Source: Bdellovibrionales bacterium
GTDB lineage: Bacteria; Bdellovibrionota; Bdellovibrionia; Bdellovibrionales; UBA1609
NCBI GenBank assembly: GCA_027317865.1
Contig: DAHVQG010000001.1
Location: 192,001-256,000 of the forward strand
Length of the DNA: 64,000 nt
Direction: 5' to 3'
Numbering within the stretch: position 1 is the first letter of the stretch; each line of letters opens with the position of its first letter. The position numbers were made by a program, and so were the translations under genes. Below the pieces are notes generated by a model that was given only the letters and a program-made list of their open reading frames with translations, was not told the DNA's origin and ran no database searches. This document shows positions 9,850 through 22,287 of this stretch, piece after piece.

Positions 9850-11421
9850 TTAAAATTGCGTGTCGTCGTCTGAAAAGACGAGGTGTTTTTTTCTTGTTAA
9901 GAAATAAGCCGATGCCGCAGCTATTGTGAAAGCCACAATGCAAATCTCCGTCAAAACTTGGGTCTGGCGTCTGCGAAATACTCTTAACTGCGCTTCGCTG
10001 TAGCCTTGAAGCTCCGTGATGCAACTTTTCGACATGATAAATCCACGCGAACAGGCGTAACTAGAAATTGTTTGAAATATTCCCGCGTTGTCGTTGCCGG
10101 GCATTGAGGCCGGGCCGCGCCCCTCGATTACATCATTAAATGATTCGTCACCAATGGGTAAATATTTGTTTTGATTCATAGCCGGATCTGGCCCGAATTG
10201 TTCGCCGGGCTGTGTGCCAGGTGAATCGTTTGACCCCCAGTTCTTATTTGCGTTTGTTGTTTGACCGGTAACCCCTCCGCGCGATGGCGAGTATCCGCCG
10301 CCCGAGGCAAGTCCTCGCATGATGTGCGTATTCCAATCTTTTTGAGTTTGTAGAGATCGCCCGAAGTCTGCATTTGCAGATCTATTCGCGTTTTTCAAAC
10401 CGTTGCCAAGTGGACTGGCACCGCCGCCGGTTCGAGTCTGCGAAAGTCTTGCGTGCGCCGGGTAAATGTTTCGTATTTGCGGAAGTTGCTGGTTGTCGAC
10501 ATTGATCGTGAGTGAATTATTGAAGGGATTATTTGAGGCTCCACTTGAATTTCCATTGTAGGCCATCGCAATTCCGCCGCTTGTACCGTTGGTTCCTGGA
10601 CCGTTCGCGTGTATGGTAGACGCTTGAGCCGTTTGCGTCTTTGTCTGACAATTACTTGCAATTTTAACGTTAAGTTGCGCTTCGTCTGCCTGAGTTAACA
10701 TTGTGGATTCAACTGTTGTAAGGCGGCTACACGCGGTGGAACCCGCAATTCCGCTACACACTGAAGCACACTGGGCGATTGCCAAGTGACATTGATTGGC
10801 TAGATATGTGTCAAGTGCTGTTGCCACACGGGAGGCGTGTTTCATTTGATCGCACAGCACTGAAATACCTCCCGATGATTGCGCTGTTGCGCCAAGCGCC
10901 TGTTCAAGCACCTGCGCGACCGACTTTTGGCTGCCACCTCCGACATTTACGCTTGGGTTCACGCAATTTTGATAAGCAATCGATTGAGCGCGTGAGCATT
11001 CGTACTGCTGCTGTTGTTCTTGTTCGTATTGCTGCGCTTGCCGCTGTTCTTGTTCGGCTGAATTACCGTCGTTTGAGGTTTGCTGTTGGTATTGTGAGGT
11101 TTGGCTACTTCCCCCGCCGCCGGCAGCTCCATTGGTTGTCGAGCCAGGTGGGTTTTGCGCATAGGGGTTGGCTCGATGCCAAAGACGCCCTTGATTGGAT
11201 CCCTGCTGGTTACCCAGAAATTTCACACATGCGCTTCGAATGCCTTCAGGAATCGAGGGGTTTTCAATAATCCTCGGGCAATATTGCGTTGTTGGTATAA
11301 ATTTCGCTGTTACATCGACTTCAGGCAGGGTCGCTGACGGCGGTCCGCTTTGCGCAAATGCGAAACAAGTAAAAAATAGTGAGCCAAATAATATGATAAA
11401 ACATGATCTATTTAACAGCAT
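9850..11421 (-). CDS. secreted Cys-rich/low-complexity protein with C-terminal TM
   Basis: Signal peptide; Q/G/N-rich tracts; Cys-spaced helices; C-terminal hydrophobic segment followed by RKK. Confidence 0.75.
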   Translation of the reverse strand: MLLNRSCFIILFGSLFFTCFAFAQSGPPSATLPEVDVTAKFIPTTQYCPRIIENPSIPEGIRSACVKFLGNQQGSNQGRLWHRANPYAQNPPGSTTNGAAGGGGSSQTSQYQQQTSNDGNSAEQEQRQAQQYEQEQQQQYECSRAQSIAYQNCVNPSVNVGGGSQKSVAQVLEQALGATAQSSGGISVLCDQMKHASRVATALDTYLANQCHLAIAQCASVCSGIAGSTACSRLTTVESTMLTQADEAQLNVKIASNCQTKTQTAQASTIHANGPGTNGTSGGIAMAYNGNSSGASNNPFNNSLTINVDNQQLPQIRNIYPAHARLSQTRTGGGASPLGNGLKNANRSANADFGRSLQTQKDWNTHIMRGLASGGGYSPSRGGVTGQTTNANKNWGSNDSPGTQPGEQFGPDPAMNQNKYLPIGDESFNDVIEGRGPASMPGNDNAGIFQTISSYACSRGFIMSKSCITELQGYSEAQLRVFRRRQTQVLTEICIVAFTIAAASAYFLTRKKHLVFSDDDTQF

Positions 11422-11510
11422 GATCCCGCCTCAGTATAATTTAAGAATAGCAAAGTTTTAAATTTTTGTCTTATAAGTTTCTAATGGTCGGTTTCAAATT
11501 GAAATAAAAT

Positions 11511-12389
11511 CTATTTCTTTGAAAAGTATGAGAAGCGCGAGAAGACGTGCTGAACACCTGAAATGTCGTCTGCTGTTAGATAGAAGAAATCGTCTGAAGC
11601 CATAACGCTCGGCGGTTGACTGTACCAATTTGAGACATGATTTGGGTCGCAGCCCTCTTTTTTCATAAACTTCACGTCATCCGTATCACAAAGTCCAAAC
11701 GAGTGCCCAAATTCGTGAAGTAAAAAGGGATAAGATGAATTATACACCATGGCGTCGCTTTGATCGCCCCATTGTGGTCTAACCCAAGTCGCAATTGTTT
11801 TGAAAGTTGTCTGATGTTTCGTAATTCGTTTTATTAATTTTTGAAGCGTGATGTGCTTAGTTTTGAGTAAGTCGCGAACAACGTAAGCAAAGTCGTCATC
11901 GAATAATATCGCATTGTCGTGGTAATAGCTGTATGTTGTGGACAACACGACGTGATCAAATAGCTGTGCATTTTTCGTGTTCATATCAATATATTCAAAG
12001 CTCTGGTGCGTGTCATGACTGTGCGGTGGTGGCGGCGACCCGACGTCAACCATCAAATTAAGTCCAGGAGTTGAGCAGCTTACCCTTTTTATTTTAACAG
12101 GCCCGGTCCAGTTTTTTACGGCATTTAGCCACTGCTGCAAAGCTAACGGTACTTCAATCTCCATTGATGAATAACTAAATTTACCAGGAGCGGGGTCGCG
12201 AAGATTTAAGCAATAATCGATTCTGTGATTTTGATAAGCCGGATAAATGAGAAGCGCATACCGCTCGTAACCGTCAAGCACCTTGAGTTCTCCCCATGCC
12301 CAAGCACGCGAACCAAATGCCGAACAGATTACAAGAACAACAACAAAGACTGTTTGTGGTAAAACTCTTTTTATTGACATGCGCGCCAC
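11511..12389 (-). CDS. secreted metzincin-like zinc metalloprotease
   Basis: Signal peptide; HEFGHSFGLCD zinc motif; SVM Met-turn; LTADDISGV. Confidence 0.85.
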   Translation of the reverse strand: MARMSIKRVLPQTVFVVVLVICSAFGSRAWAWGELKVLDGYERYALLIYPAYQNHRIDYCLNLRDPAPGKFSYSSMEIEVPLALQQWLNAVKNWTGPVKIKRVSCSTPGLNLMVDVGSPPPPHSHDTHQSFEYIDMNTKNAQLFDHVVLSTTYSYYHDNAILFDDDFAYVVRDLLKTKHITLQKLIKRITKHQTTFKTIATWVRPQWGDQSDAMVYNSSYPFLLHEFGHSFGLCDTDDVKFMKKEGCDPNHVSNWYSQPPSVMASDDFFYLTADDISGVQHVFSRFSYFSKK

Positions 12390-12466
12390 TATAACCGAGG
12401 GGTTCTTGCATCGCTACTATTGTGCGGGTGGTTTGTAAATCTTGACCGATTTGAATAAAAATCTGA

Positions 12467-12490
12467 CAAAAGAACCACCGGGTGGTGGTT
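12467..12490 (-). terminator. intrinsic terminator following the displaced tRNA 3' fragment
   Basis: Minus strand AACCACC-ACCC-GGTGGTT followed by CTTTT. Confidence 0.65.
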
Positions 12491-12817
12491 TTTTTTGTTG
12501 GTGATCCATGCTTGTCGATATCCGAACTTTTATATGCTGTTGATTTCTGGGCGCATTCTTTTGAGTGCCGGAATCGAATTTCGTTTGAAGACGCCGATTT
12601 GATCGTTGAAAAGTATAAAAATGGCTGTTCGCTTCGAGATATCGCAAAACTCGTCGGTCGTTCAAAAACAAAAATTCGGCGTGAGTTGAACCGTCGGGGA
12701 ATCAAGCCGCGAGACAAGATCACTCAAGCGACTCACTTGCGTTCACCCAAGTCAGGAAAGCAAGGCGCTCGACCGTATTACGGTTTTTGTTATTTCAAGG
12801 GGCAATTTGGCAAATAA
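12482..12817 (+). pseudogene. truncated HTH/recombinase-family protein
   Basis: HTH SLRDIAKLVGRSKTKIRREL followed by ARPYYGF, resembling the start of a recombinase domain, then an immediate stop. Confidence 0.5.
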
Positions 12818-13139
12818 AGCAAATTTTAGTTTAGACACGCACCACCTCAATTTATAATTTAATTTCTATATTTTATTTCTTCGCTCCGTTTCTTGGAATC
12901 AGCTTTACAATTTGCACTTTTGTGCAGCTCTCAAAAATTGCATTGGCTTCATCAAACGCGTCGCCAATTGATGGGGAATCGTTTGTCCAGTCGTGTTCGT
13001 TCGTCAAAAGCTAGAAACGAAACATTGAATGAATTTCTGAAGTGGATAAAAGACAACGAGGGTGGCGATAAAAAGAAAGCAGCTTGAATTCATTGCCACC
13101 GCTTGCTCGCTCTGTCGAGGGCTAAACTTCTCGTGATAT

Positions 13140-13490
13140 TCAACTGGCTTCTCTGTCGTGGCTCTTCTTTGACGATGCCGCTTTTAGTAAGGCGTCGGGA
13201 TTGGTCGCTGCCACTTGTAAAAGTCGACGGGCAGCTCCCGATGGCTTTTTCTGGCCTTGCTCCCACGATTGAATAACAGTGGGGCTAACACCCAAATAAG
13301 CCGCGAAAGCCCCCTGGCTCATATTTAGAACTTTAGTTCGGATGCGTTTGATTTCAGATTTTGACATCTGTGGTGGCAGATCTGGAATTTTAACAGTTGT
13401 CGTTTTCAAAGTGATTTTACCTTCAAGGTGATCAATGACATCTGACAAACCTTGAATCAGTTCGTCGCCTATATTTCGACTCTTTTTCAT
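13140..13490 (-). CDS. higA: HigA-type XRE antitoxin
   Basis: IKRIR..MSQGAFAAYLGVS..IQSWEQG.KKPSG; downstream of the toxin gene. Confidence 0.88.
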   Translation of the reverse strand: MKKSRNIGDELIQGLSDVIDHLEGKITLKTTTVKIPDLPPQMSKSEIKRIRTKVLNMSQGAFAAYLGVSPTVIQSWEQGQKKPSGAARRLLQVAATNPDALLKAASSKKSHDREAS

Positions 13491-13493
13491 GAT

Positions 13494-13823
13494 CTATTCT
13501 CCCTTTAGCTTTTGAGCTAAGATTCGAATTGTTCGTTTCTGTTCTTCGGTGATGTTATCCTTCACGCGTTTATCATAGATGGTCAGCAGCACAATTGTTC
13601 GCCACTCGACAAGGTCCAGATAAAGTACGCGATAGCCACCGCGTTTGCCGGAGCCGTCTTTTCCGACCCGTATCTTTCTGACTCCGCCGGCTCCAGGTAT
13701 CGCATCACCTTTTGTCGGATCTTTGAGGATTTCATCTTGAATTTTCTTAAGCAGTGAGCGGTCATCGATTTCTTCAATCAGCCGCGTAAATACGAGGGTT
13801 TCGATGAAAGCCTTAATCTCCAC
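13494..13823 (-). CDS. higB: HigB/RelE-family toxin
   Basis: FIETxVF, GDAIPGAGGVRKIR, GKRGGYRVLY, LLTIYDK; toxin-first order. Confidence 0.9.
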   Translation of the reverse strand: MEIKAFIETLVFTRLIEEIDDRSLLKKIQDEILKDPTKGDAIPGAGGVRKIRVGKDGSGKRGGYRVLYLDLVEWRTIVLLTIYDKRVKDNITEEQKRTIRILAQKLKGE

Positions 13824-13901
13824 ACCTAGTAATATATCACACTAAGTATTATAGTCAAGAGTGATTGATTAGCGGTGAATATTTACGCTTTGACGTAAGC
13901 T

Positions 13902-13978
<77 letters not shown>

Positions 13979-13995
13979 TGAATTGTCTGGCACAC

Positions 13996-14033
13996 GCAAA
14001 ATAGCCCAAGGCTCACTCATTGTGCCTTGGGCT
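13996..14033 (-). terminator. hairpin terminator after the PKD/LruC gene
   Basis: AGCCCAAGGC/GCCTTGGGCT 10-bp stem followed by ATTTT on the minus strand. Confidence 0.6.
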
Positions 14034-14069
14034 TGGTTTCGCTACTCGTGCGTCAGCATAAATCAGGTT

Positions 14070-16148
<2,079 letters not shown>

Positions 16149-16222
16149 ACGTGCCCCCTTTTTTGGCGCGCCGACATTTGCGAAATGTCGCCTCGCGCTT
16201 AATAAGTGCAAATAAATCGACT

Positions 16223-17512
16223 TTAGTGATTCCCGTCGTCACCGTGTAGATTATAGTCCGCGCAGTCTTGATCCCAGTTGTGATGCCCGTGGTCTTCGCA
16301 ACGGACGTGGTCACGACTTGTGTCACTGTCGTTTTCACGGCCGTCCTTAAACCAAGTGCCATACTCTTCAAACCAACCTAGGTGATCGTCGAACCAATCT
16401 CGGCAGTCGTGACCCCAGTCGTGGTGGTAGTCGCCGTTTGAGTCCGAATTATTGTGTTCAAGTGCCATTTCACTTGTTGCACCTTCTGAGAAATCGTTAT
16501 CCCAGTGGTAGTGATGTACGCATTCGCAGTAGGTACCGTTTGGGGGCGGAGTTGAACCGCTGCCGCTGCCTGAACCCGATGTTGAACCGGTGCCTGAACC
16601 TGAGGTTGAGCCAGTGCCGCTTCCCGAAGTTGAGCCGGTGCCTGAACCTGAAGTTGAACCGGTGCCTGAACCTGAAGTTGAACCGGTGCCTGAACCCGAT
16701 GTTGAACCGGTGCCTGAACCTGATGTTGAACCCGTGCCAGAGCCAGAGGTTGAACCGCTGCCAGAGCCAGAGGTTGAACCGCTGCCTGACGTCGAGGAGC
16801 TGCCTGTGATGCTTATTGTAGCTGTCACAGTGAATGACGGAGTGGTGCCATCAAATATATAGATAGCGGTGTTAACAGTGTACACGCCGGCGGTCGTAAA
16901 TGTGTGAGTGACCGAAGTGCCGCTGCCCGTTGAGTTGTCGCCAAAATTCCAATCGGTCGTCGTGATTTCGCCAGTCATACATGACGGTACATTCAACGTC
17001 ATGGTTACAGCCTGACCAACGGTTCCGACGCTGGGGACACTTGTGGAGAGGTCGGCAATGCAATTATAAGCTTCATTAAACGCAACGACGGTCACAGCCT
17101 GATTAAACGACATTTGGTTGCCGTTTGAATCTGTGGCCGTCACAGTGACGGTGTAGGTGCCGGTTGCGGAATAGGTGTGAGTGGCAATCGCTGTGTTAGC
17201 GGTTGTACCGTCGCCAAAGTTCCAGGTGGCGTTTGAGACAGTAACGGAACCTGAAGCGTTTAATGCAAACGTCGCAGGGACGGTCACCATCATATATTGT
17301 GGTATCGAAGGAGCAATCCCGTCGACGGACTGAAATCGTAGGTTTTGATCAATCGTCGTGAGGTTCGAGTTTGTGCTACCACTACTATTTTGGCATGCCA
17401 TCAGGGCCATAGACAGAAATCCAGCTATTACCAATGTCGCATATTTTGCAGCTGTTCTTCGAAAACCCCTTGATCCCATAAAATACCTCGCCTTTGGACT
17501 CACTTGTTCCAT
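16223..17512 (-). CDS. lipoprotein: 2x PKD, (STSGSGTG)n linker, His/Asp-rich C-terminal domain
   Basis: Lipobox LMAC; WNFGDG motifs; clear paralog of the N-terminal half of 14070-16148. Confidence 0.85.
   Translation of the reverse strand: MEQVSPKARYFMGSRGFRRTAAKYATLVIAGFLSMALMACQNSSGSTNSNLTTIDQNLRFQSVDGIAPSIPQYMMVTVPATFALNASGSVTVSNATWNFGDGTTANTAIATHTYSATGTYTVTVTATDSNGNQMSFNQAVTVVAFNEAYNCIADLSTSVPSVGTVGQAVTMTLNVPSCMTGEITTTDWNFGDNSTGSGTSVTHTFTTAGVYTVNTAIYIFDGTTPSFTVTATISITGSSSTSGSGSTSGSGSGSTSGSGTGSTSGSGTGSTSGSGTGSTSGSGTGSTSGSGTGSTSGSGTGSTSGSGTGSTSGSGSGSGSTPPPNGTYCECVHHYHWDNDFSEGATSEMALEHNNSDSNGDYHHDWGHDCRDWFDDHLGWFEEYGTWFKDGRENDSDTSRDHVRCEDHGHHNWDQDCADYNLHGDDGNH
16551..16790 (-). repeat. coding 24-bp tandem repeat (about 9 degenerate units, STSGSG(T/S)G)
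   Basis: GTTGAACCGGTGCCTGAACC(T/C)GA(A/G/T) units with synonymous variation. Confidence 0.9.
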
Positions 17513-17662
17513 GGTCTAATTGTGCAAGGTTTTTTTTAAATAATAAAAAAAATGTGAGTTTTGAATCATAGTGAAATGCCTCACTGGCAAGGCATTTGAC
17601 AGAAAATGTGACATTCAAAAAATGTTTAATTTTTTGACCAAATTTTAGTCAGTTGAGTGACA

Positions 17663-18667
17663 TTATCGAAAATGATTTAGGATATGCTCAAACGCCTGGC
17701 TTGAAGGTGCTAATTGTTCGCGGTTTAAATCACGTAGCGGTGTTTTTGGCAGCTTCAGGATCTCCGTCAGCGGCTCGCTACGAGGTGAGCAGTAAAGAAG
17801 ACCTGTTAATATTTGCCCTTGCTCGCGAGCGTCGGCGAGCGCATTGAGTGCCGATCTTCTGCTTTGAATATCGAGCTCATTAGGGAGCGGCTTCCTTAGC
17901 CGAATACGGGCGCCGTCGCTGAGTGAAATTTCGATTGATTCGCCCTCTTCGTAGTCGGCCGTTATTGGTGAGTGTTCTAAAATGAGACCAAATTCTTGAA
18001 GGCGGACGTTGTGCTCTTTCACGTAATCGTAACTCTTCGTCGAACCGTCGTGATTCGCGTAAGTAATGCACGGGGAGACAACATCAATGACGGCAGTGCC
18101 GGGATGAAAAATTGCCGCTTTAATGAGTGGCACCAGTTGCTTGCCATCACCCGAAAACGAACGTGCGACGAATTCGCAACCGGTATCAATGGCGAGCTGG
18201 CAGACATCTAAGTTTTGAAATTGATTTTGTTTATTTGCTCTTTTAAACAGCACGTCTTTATCAGCCGTCGCCGAAAATTGCCCTTTGGTCAAACCGTACA
18301 CGCCGTTGTTTTCGACAATATAAATCATCGGTAGGTTGCGGCGGATGAGATGAATAAATCCACTCAGGCCGATACTGGCCGTATCGCCGTCGCCCGAGAT
18401 TCCAATCATCAGCAAATTACGATTCGCCAATTTCGCGCCCGTCGCGATAGATGCCATTCGCCCGTGAATAGAATTAAACCCGTGCGCGGTATTCATAAAA
18501 TAGGCCGTGGTTTTCGACGAGCAACCGATCCCCGAGATTTTGGCAACCGTGGAGGGATCAACTCCTGCTTCAAAGAACGCTTTGGTTATATGTTGAGTAA
18601 CGCTGTCGTGACCGCATCCGGTGCACAAAGTCGACGGCCCGCCTTTGTAATCATTTATCGACTTCAT
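17663..18667 (-). CDS. 2-oxoacid:ferredoxin oxidoreductase beta subunit
   Basis: LCTGCGH, SGIGCS, HGR, GDGD..IG, NNGVYGLTKGQFS (TPP-binding). Confidence 0.95.
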   Translation of the reverse strand: MKSINDYKGGPSTLCTGCGHDSVTQHITKAFFEAGVDPSTVAKISGIGCSSKTTAYFMNTAHGFNSIHGRMASIATGAKLANRNLLMIGISGDGDTASIGLSGFIHLIRRNLPMIYIVENNGVYGLTKGQFSATADKDVLFKRANKQNQFQNLDVCQLAIDTGCEFVARSFSGDGKQLVPLIKAAIFHPGTAVIDVVSPCITYANHDGSTKSYDYVKEHNVRLQEFGLILEHSPITADYEEGESIEISLSDGARIRLRKPLPNELDIQSRRSALNALADAREQGQILTGLLYCSPRSEPLTEILKLPKTPLRDLNREQLAPSSQAFEHILNHFR

Positions 18668-20556
18668 CTTGAAACCTCTGTGCGATCAGGCGGGGTCAAA
18701 TCTATAATTTGCGAAAGAAAAATTTCGGCGGCTGCGGGCAGCCCGTCATATTGACGGGCGCTGAACATTTTCTGCGCGTACTGTGGGAACTTTTGGCGCA
18801 AAAGGTGAAACATCTGGCCGTCGCGATTTTGTTCGAGAACGACAACTTTTTTGCATTGATCTAAAAAAGCGCCAATTTCGGGATGTAGCGGTAGAGCACG
18901 GATCCGCAACCAACACGTTTTTGTTTCGTGTCGAGAAAGTTCGTCTTGAAGTTCCGAAATAATTTGTGTTGTGCTACCAAAAAACACAAGACCGATATCC
19001 GCTGAATGTGCCGTGCCGTGGAGTTCCGGTTCTGGCAAAAGTTTTTGATTTTGTTCAATTTTCTTTTTCAATCGATCAAGAAGGCGCGCGTAAACTTCGC
19101 CATTTTCTGAATATGAGGCGTTATCAGTGTGACCTGAGCCACGCGTAAAGTAAGCCGCCCGAGGATGTTGTGTTCCGGGTAACGTCCGGTAAGTGATCCC
19201 ATCGTTATCAACGTCTCGATAACGCGCAAACTCTTCGACTTTTTCAAGATCAGTCACAGAAAGAACTTTGCCCCGGCGGTATTCGCGTGTTGGCAATTGA
19301 AATTCATTTTCGGTGTAATAATTCATAGCCAAATCAAGATCGCTGAGAACAATAACAATTGTTTGAAGTTCTTCAGCCAAATCAAACGCGAGTTCGGCAA
19401 ACTCAAAACACTCGCCCGGTGTCGCGGGAACTAAAACCACCGGCTGTGTGTCGCCGTGCGAGAGCGTAAAGGCGGATTGGATGTCGCCTTGCGAAGTTCG
19501 AGTTGGTAAACCGGTTGACGGCCCGGCTCTTTGCACATCCCAAATGACGGCGGGAATTTCAGCAAAATAACTCAAGCCAGCAGCTTCAGACATAAGTGAA
19601 AGTCCGGGGCCGCTTGTCGCCGTCATCGCGCGCGAACCCGCCCAACCGGCGCCTATGACTGTGGTAATGGCACTCAGCTCATCTTCTGACTGTAGTACTG
19701 CGGCTTTATTTTGTTCGCCATGCACCTGCTCAGAAAATTCCGAAAAAGATTCGGCAAGTGAAGTGGCGGGGGTAATCGGGTACCAGGCGAAAACCGTACA
19801 TCCGCCAACGAGCGCACCCAATGCCGCAGCACTGTTGCCGTCTATAAATATTGGCTTCTGATTGCGTTTCACCGCCTCGCCAAGCTTAATTGCCTTGAGA
19901 TTATAAGGCGCGTGTTCGTAGTTGAAATTTTCAGCTTCTTTTAATGTGGCGACCTCGCGACCAATCGTGATCACGCGGTTATTGATGTCGATAACTGATT
20001 CTTTGCCGTAAAACTGATCTGCGACTACGGATTGAACTGTTGTGTCGTCAATGTTGAGAAGTTCCGATAAAAAACCGACGTAAACCATGTTACTCAGAAC
20101 TTTTCGCATAGAAATAGCGGGCGCCGCTTTATCGACGATCTCACGAAAAGACACAGGCCATGCGGGCACAAGGTTTTGATTGCGCCTTTTGAGATTCCAT
20201 TCGTCGAGCGCTTGCGAGGCCTCGATTGAAAGCTTCATTTCGCGGTCGAAGATGAAAATTCCTGTTGGCGCGACGGAGCGTAAATCATCGGCAACGGTTT
20301 GCGGATTTTTGGCGATGACGATGTCATTGTGGAGGCGCCGGCCGAGGAACCCATTCGAGTTGACACGAATTGAAAACCACGTCGGCAGTCCGGCGATGTT
20401 CGACGGGAAAACATTTTTAGTCGCTACAGGCAGACCCATACGAAACAAACTTTTGGCCAAAATCATATTGGCCGATTGGCTGCCACTGCCGTTAACTGTG
20501 GCAATCAGTATTGAAATATCAGTTGGCTTCATTTTCGCCGGTGAGCTCATCGTCAT
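18664..20556 (-). CDS. 2-oxoacid:acceptor oxidoreductase alpha subunit (gamma-alpha fusion)
   Basis: NGSGSQSA, YPITP, QSEDE, TATSGPG, QRAGPSTGLPTR. Confidence 0.95.
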   Translation of the reverse strand: MTMSSPAKMKPTDISILIATVNGSGSQSANMILAKSLFRMGLPVATKNVFPSNIAGLPTWFSIRVNSNGFLGRRLHNDIVIAKNPQTVADDLRSVAPTGIFIFDREMKLSIEASQALDEWNLKRRNQNLVPAWPVSFREIVDKAAPAISMRKVLSNMVYVGFLSELLNIDDTTVQSVVADQFYGKESVIDINNRVITIGREVATLKEAENFNYEHAPYNLKAIKLGEAVKRNQKPIFIDGNSAAALGALVGGCTVFAWYPITPATSLAESFSEFSEQVHGEQNKAAVLQSEDELSAITTVIGAGWAGSRAMTATSGPGLSLMSEAAGLSYFAEIPAVIWDVQRAGPSTGLPTRTSQGDIQSAFTLSHGDTQPVVLVPATPGECFEFAELAFDLAEELQTIVIVLSDLDLAMNYYTENEFQLPTREYRRGKVLSVTDLEKVEEFARYRDVDNDGITYRTLPGTQHPRAAYFTRGSGHTDNASYSENGEVYARLLDRLKKKIEQNQKLLPEPELHGTAHSADIGLVFFGSTTQIISELQDELSRHETKTCWLRIRALPLHPEIGAFLDQCKKVVVLEQNRDGQMFHLLRQKFPQYAQKMFSARQYDGLPAAAEIFLSQIIDLTPPDRTEVSR

Positions 20557-21316
20557 TCTCTATGTTTGAATCCGCCGAGACATCACAAGTTTCGGTCTCT
20601 GGCGGGTACGCATTGGGGTTAATCGTTGTTACCCATTCTCGATAACGTTCGTTAATCTTGCGGGCTTCGCTTGGCATCAAGACCGGTCCTAAATGAATAG
20701 TCAAAAATCCGGGTTTTGGCAACATCGCCCCTTTCGGGAAAAGTTCGCGGTTACCTTCGATGTAGACAAACAAAATAGGCGTGTTCGTTCGTTCAGAAAA
20801 AATTGTAACTCCACGTTTAAATTCGCGCACATAACCGTCGGGCGAACGCGTGCCTTCAGGGAATATGATGAGCCAAATCCGCTCAAGCCGCGTCAGTAAC
20901 GTCGTGCAGAGCTTGATGGCTTCGCCTCTTTTATCTTTGCGATCAATCGGGATCGCTCCGAGACAGTGTTTCGAAAAAAAGGTGAAAAGCGGATTCTTAA
21001 ACCAATAATCCTTCGCTGCCGAAATGTACAAGTCGTTCCAATACCAAAACGGTACTGAAGCGGTAATCGATACGGCATCGAGGTGACTTGCGTGATTCGA
21101 AATAATCAAAAGACGCGGATACTTTTTATAAATCTCAGAGTAGTCGCCACGAACGCGTAAGAATATATAAAAGCGAAAAGCGATCTTTAAAAAAACACCC
21201 CATAACGCGCGAAAAAACCAACTCATTAGATCGATTTGCCGCGTGAATAGGGGCAAATGTTTCAGATGTCCGGGGAGTTGGGTCCATTGTTCGTTTTCAT
21301 AACTCCAATTTTTCAA
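20519..21316 (-). CDS. lysophospholipid acyltransferase (PlsC family)
   Basis: NHASHLD, FPEGTRS. Confidence 0.92.
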   Translation of the reverse strand: MKNWSYENEQWTQLPGHLKHLPLFTRQIDLMSWFFRALWGVFLKIAFRFYIFLRVRGDYSEIYKKYPRLLIISNHASHLDAVSITASVPFWYWNDLYISAAKDYWFKNPLFTFFSKHCLGAIPIDRKDKRGEAIKLCTTLLTRLERIWLIIFPEGTRSPDGYVREFKRGVTIFSERTNTPILFVYIEGNRELFPKGAMLPKPGFLTIHLGPVLMPSEARKINERYREWVTTINPNAYPPETETCDVSADSNIENDDELTGENEAN

Positions 21317-21342
21317 TTCGTTTGCTCCTGAAAATAGCTCAT

Positions 21343-22287
21343 CTATTTCACGGCTAAAACGGCGTTCAAGAGCAAATAGCCGAAGTAAAATACGGGAGCG
21401 GCAAAAATCACTTTATCGAGTTGGGAGAGAATATCGTCGCGGCCGATAATAAAAATTCCGGATTCTTTAATTCCCAAGTCACGGCGTATAGTGCTTAACA
21501 ATAAGCCGCCGATGCGGCCGACGATCGCCACGCTTAAACCGCTCAATAGCCAGTACGGTTGGCTGTGATCGGGCAGCATAAAGCGCAGTACCCAGGCCAG
21601 CAAAACCGTAAGCACCATCGAGATGAAAAAGCCCTCCAAAGAAAATCGCGTTGAAATCGAATGAAGCGGCCGGTGTTTGCCAAACGCGCGCGTAATTGTG
21701 TAGTTACAGCTCTCGCAAAACTCAAATAGTATCGCCAAATGTAATACAATGAGCGGGCCGCCAGGCCACAATACGATACGAGCCAGATGCATAAAACCCC
21801 ACCCCATAAAAATAAAATTCATAAGAGCCAGGGCCAAATATTGAATCATGTGCGCCGATGTATTTGAAAAAATCGGGATAAGCGCAATGCAAACAAAAAA
21901 CGCCATCGGCATCAAATTGTAAAATTGAACGTGACCGCGATAGATGAGATAGGCTTGCAATGCAATGAAAAAATAAGTGAGCCAGACAAACGAATTTCTA
22001 TGGTACATGCCGGTCATTTGATAAAAGGTTTTGGAGCCTGAAATCGCGGCAAAAACGATGAATACTAGCGGCCACGGTGCCGGCAGTGCCGCAAAGAAGA
22101 AAATAACGGGGGCGGTGATAACCCAGCTTTTAATGGCCGCCCAAACGCCGATCCATTTGGGGTTTTTCGATTGCATGTAATAGACGATCGCGCCGGCGAC
22201 CACAAAAAACGCCACGACGATTGTGACTGTACTGACGTACGTTCGATTGTGCCATAACCCCAAACTATTCACGTGTTCGACCGCCAA
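21343..22287 (-). CDS. phosphatidate cytidylyltransferase-family membrane protein (divergent CdsA/YnbB-like)
   Basis: Multi-TM; FGKH..IS..SLEG and S.IRRDLGIKESG..DILSQLD resemble the CTP_transf_1 C-terminus; adjacent to plsC-like gene. Confidence 0.75.
   Translation of the reverse strand: MAVEHVNSLGLWHNRTYVSTVTIVVAFFVVAGAIVYYMQSKNPKWIGVWAAIKSWVITAPVIFFFAALPAPWPLVFIVFAAISGSKTFYQMTGMYHRNSFVWLTYFFIALQAYLIYRGHVQFYNLMPMAFFVCIALIPIFSNTSAHMIQYLALALMNFIFMGWGFMHLARIVLWPGGPLIVLHLAILFEFCESCNYTITRAFGKHRPLHSISTRFSLEGFFISMVLTVLLAWVLRFMLPDHSQPYWLLSGLSVAIVGRIGGLLLSTIRRDLGIKESGIFIIGRDDILSQLDKVIFAAPVFYFGYLLLNAVLAVK

Noticed and set aside
12893-13087. 64-aa ORF inside the tRNA islet
   Set aside because: TTG start, no SD or motif; probably gene debris.
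16551-16790. 24-bp repeat array as a possible CRISPR
   Set aside because: No spacers; variation is at synonymous codon positions of a Gly/Ser/Thr linker; no cas genes in the window.
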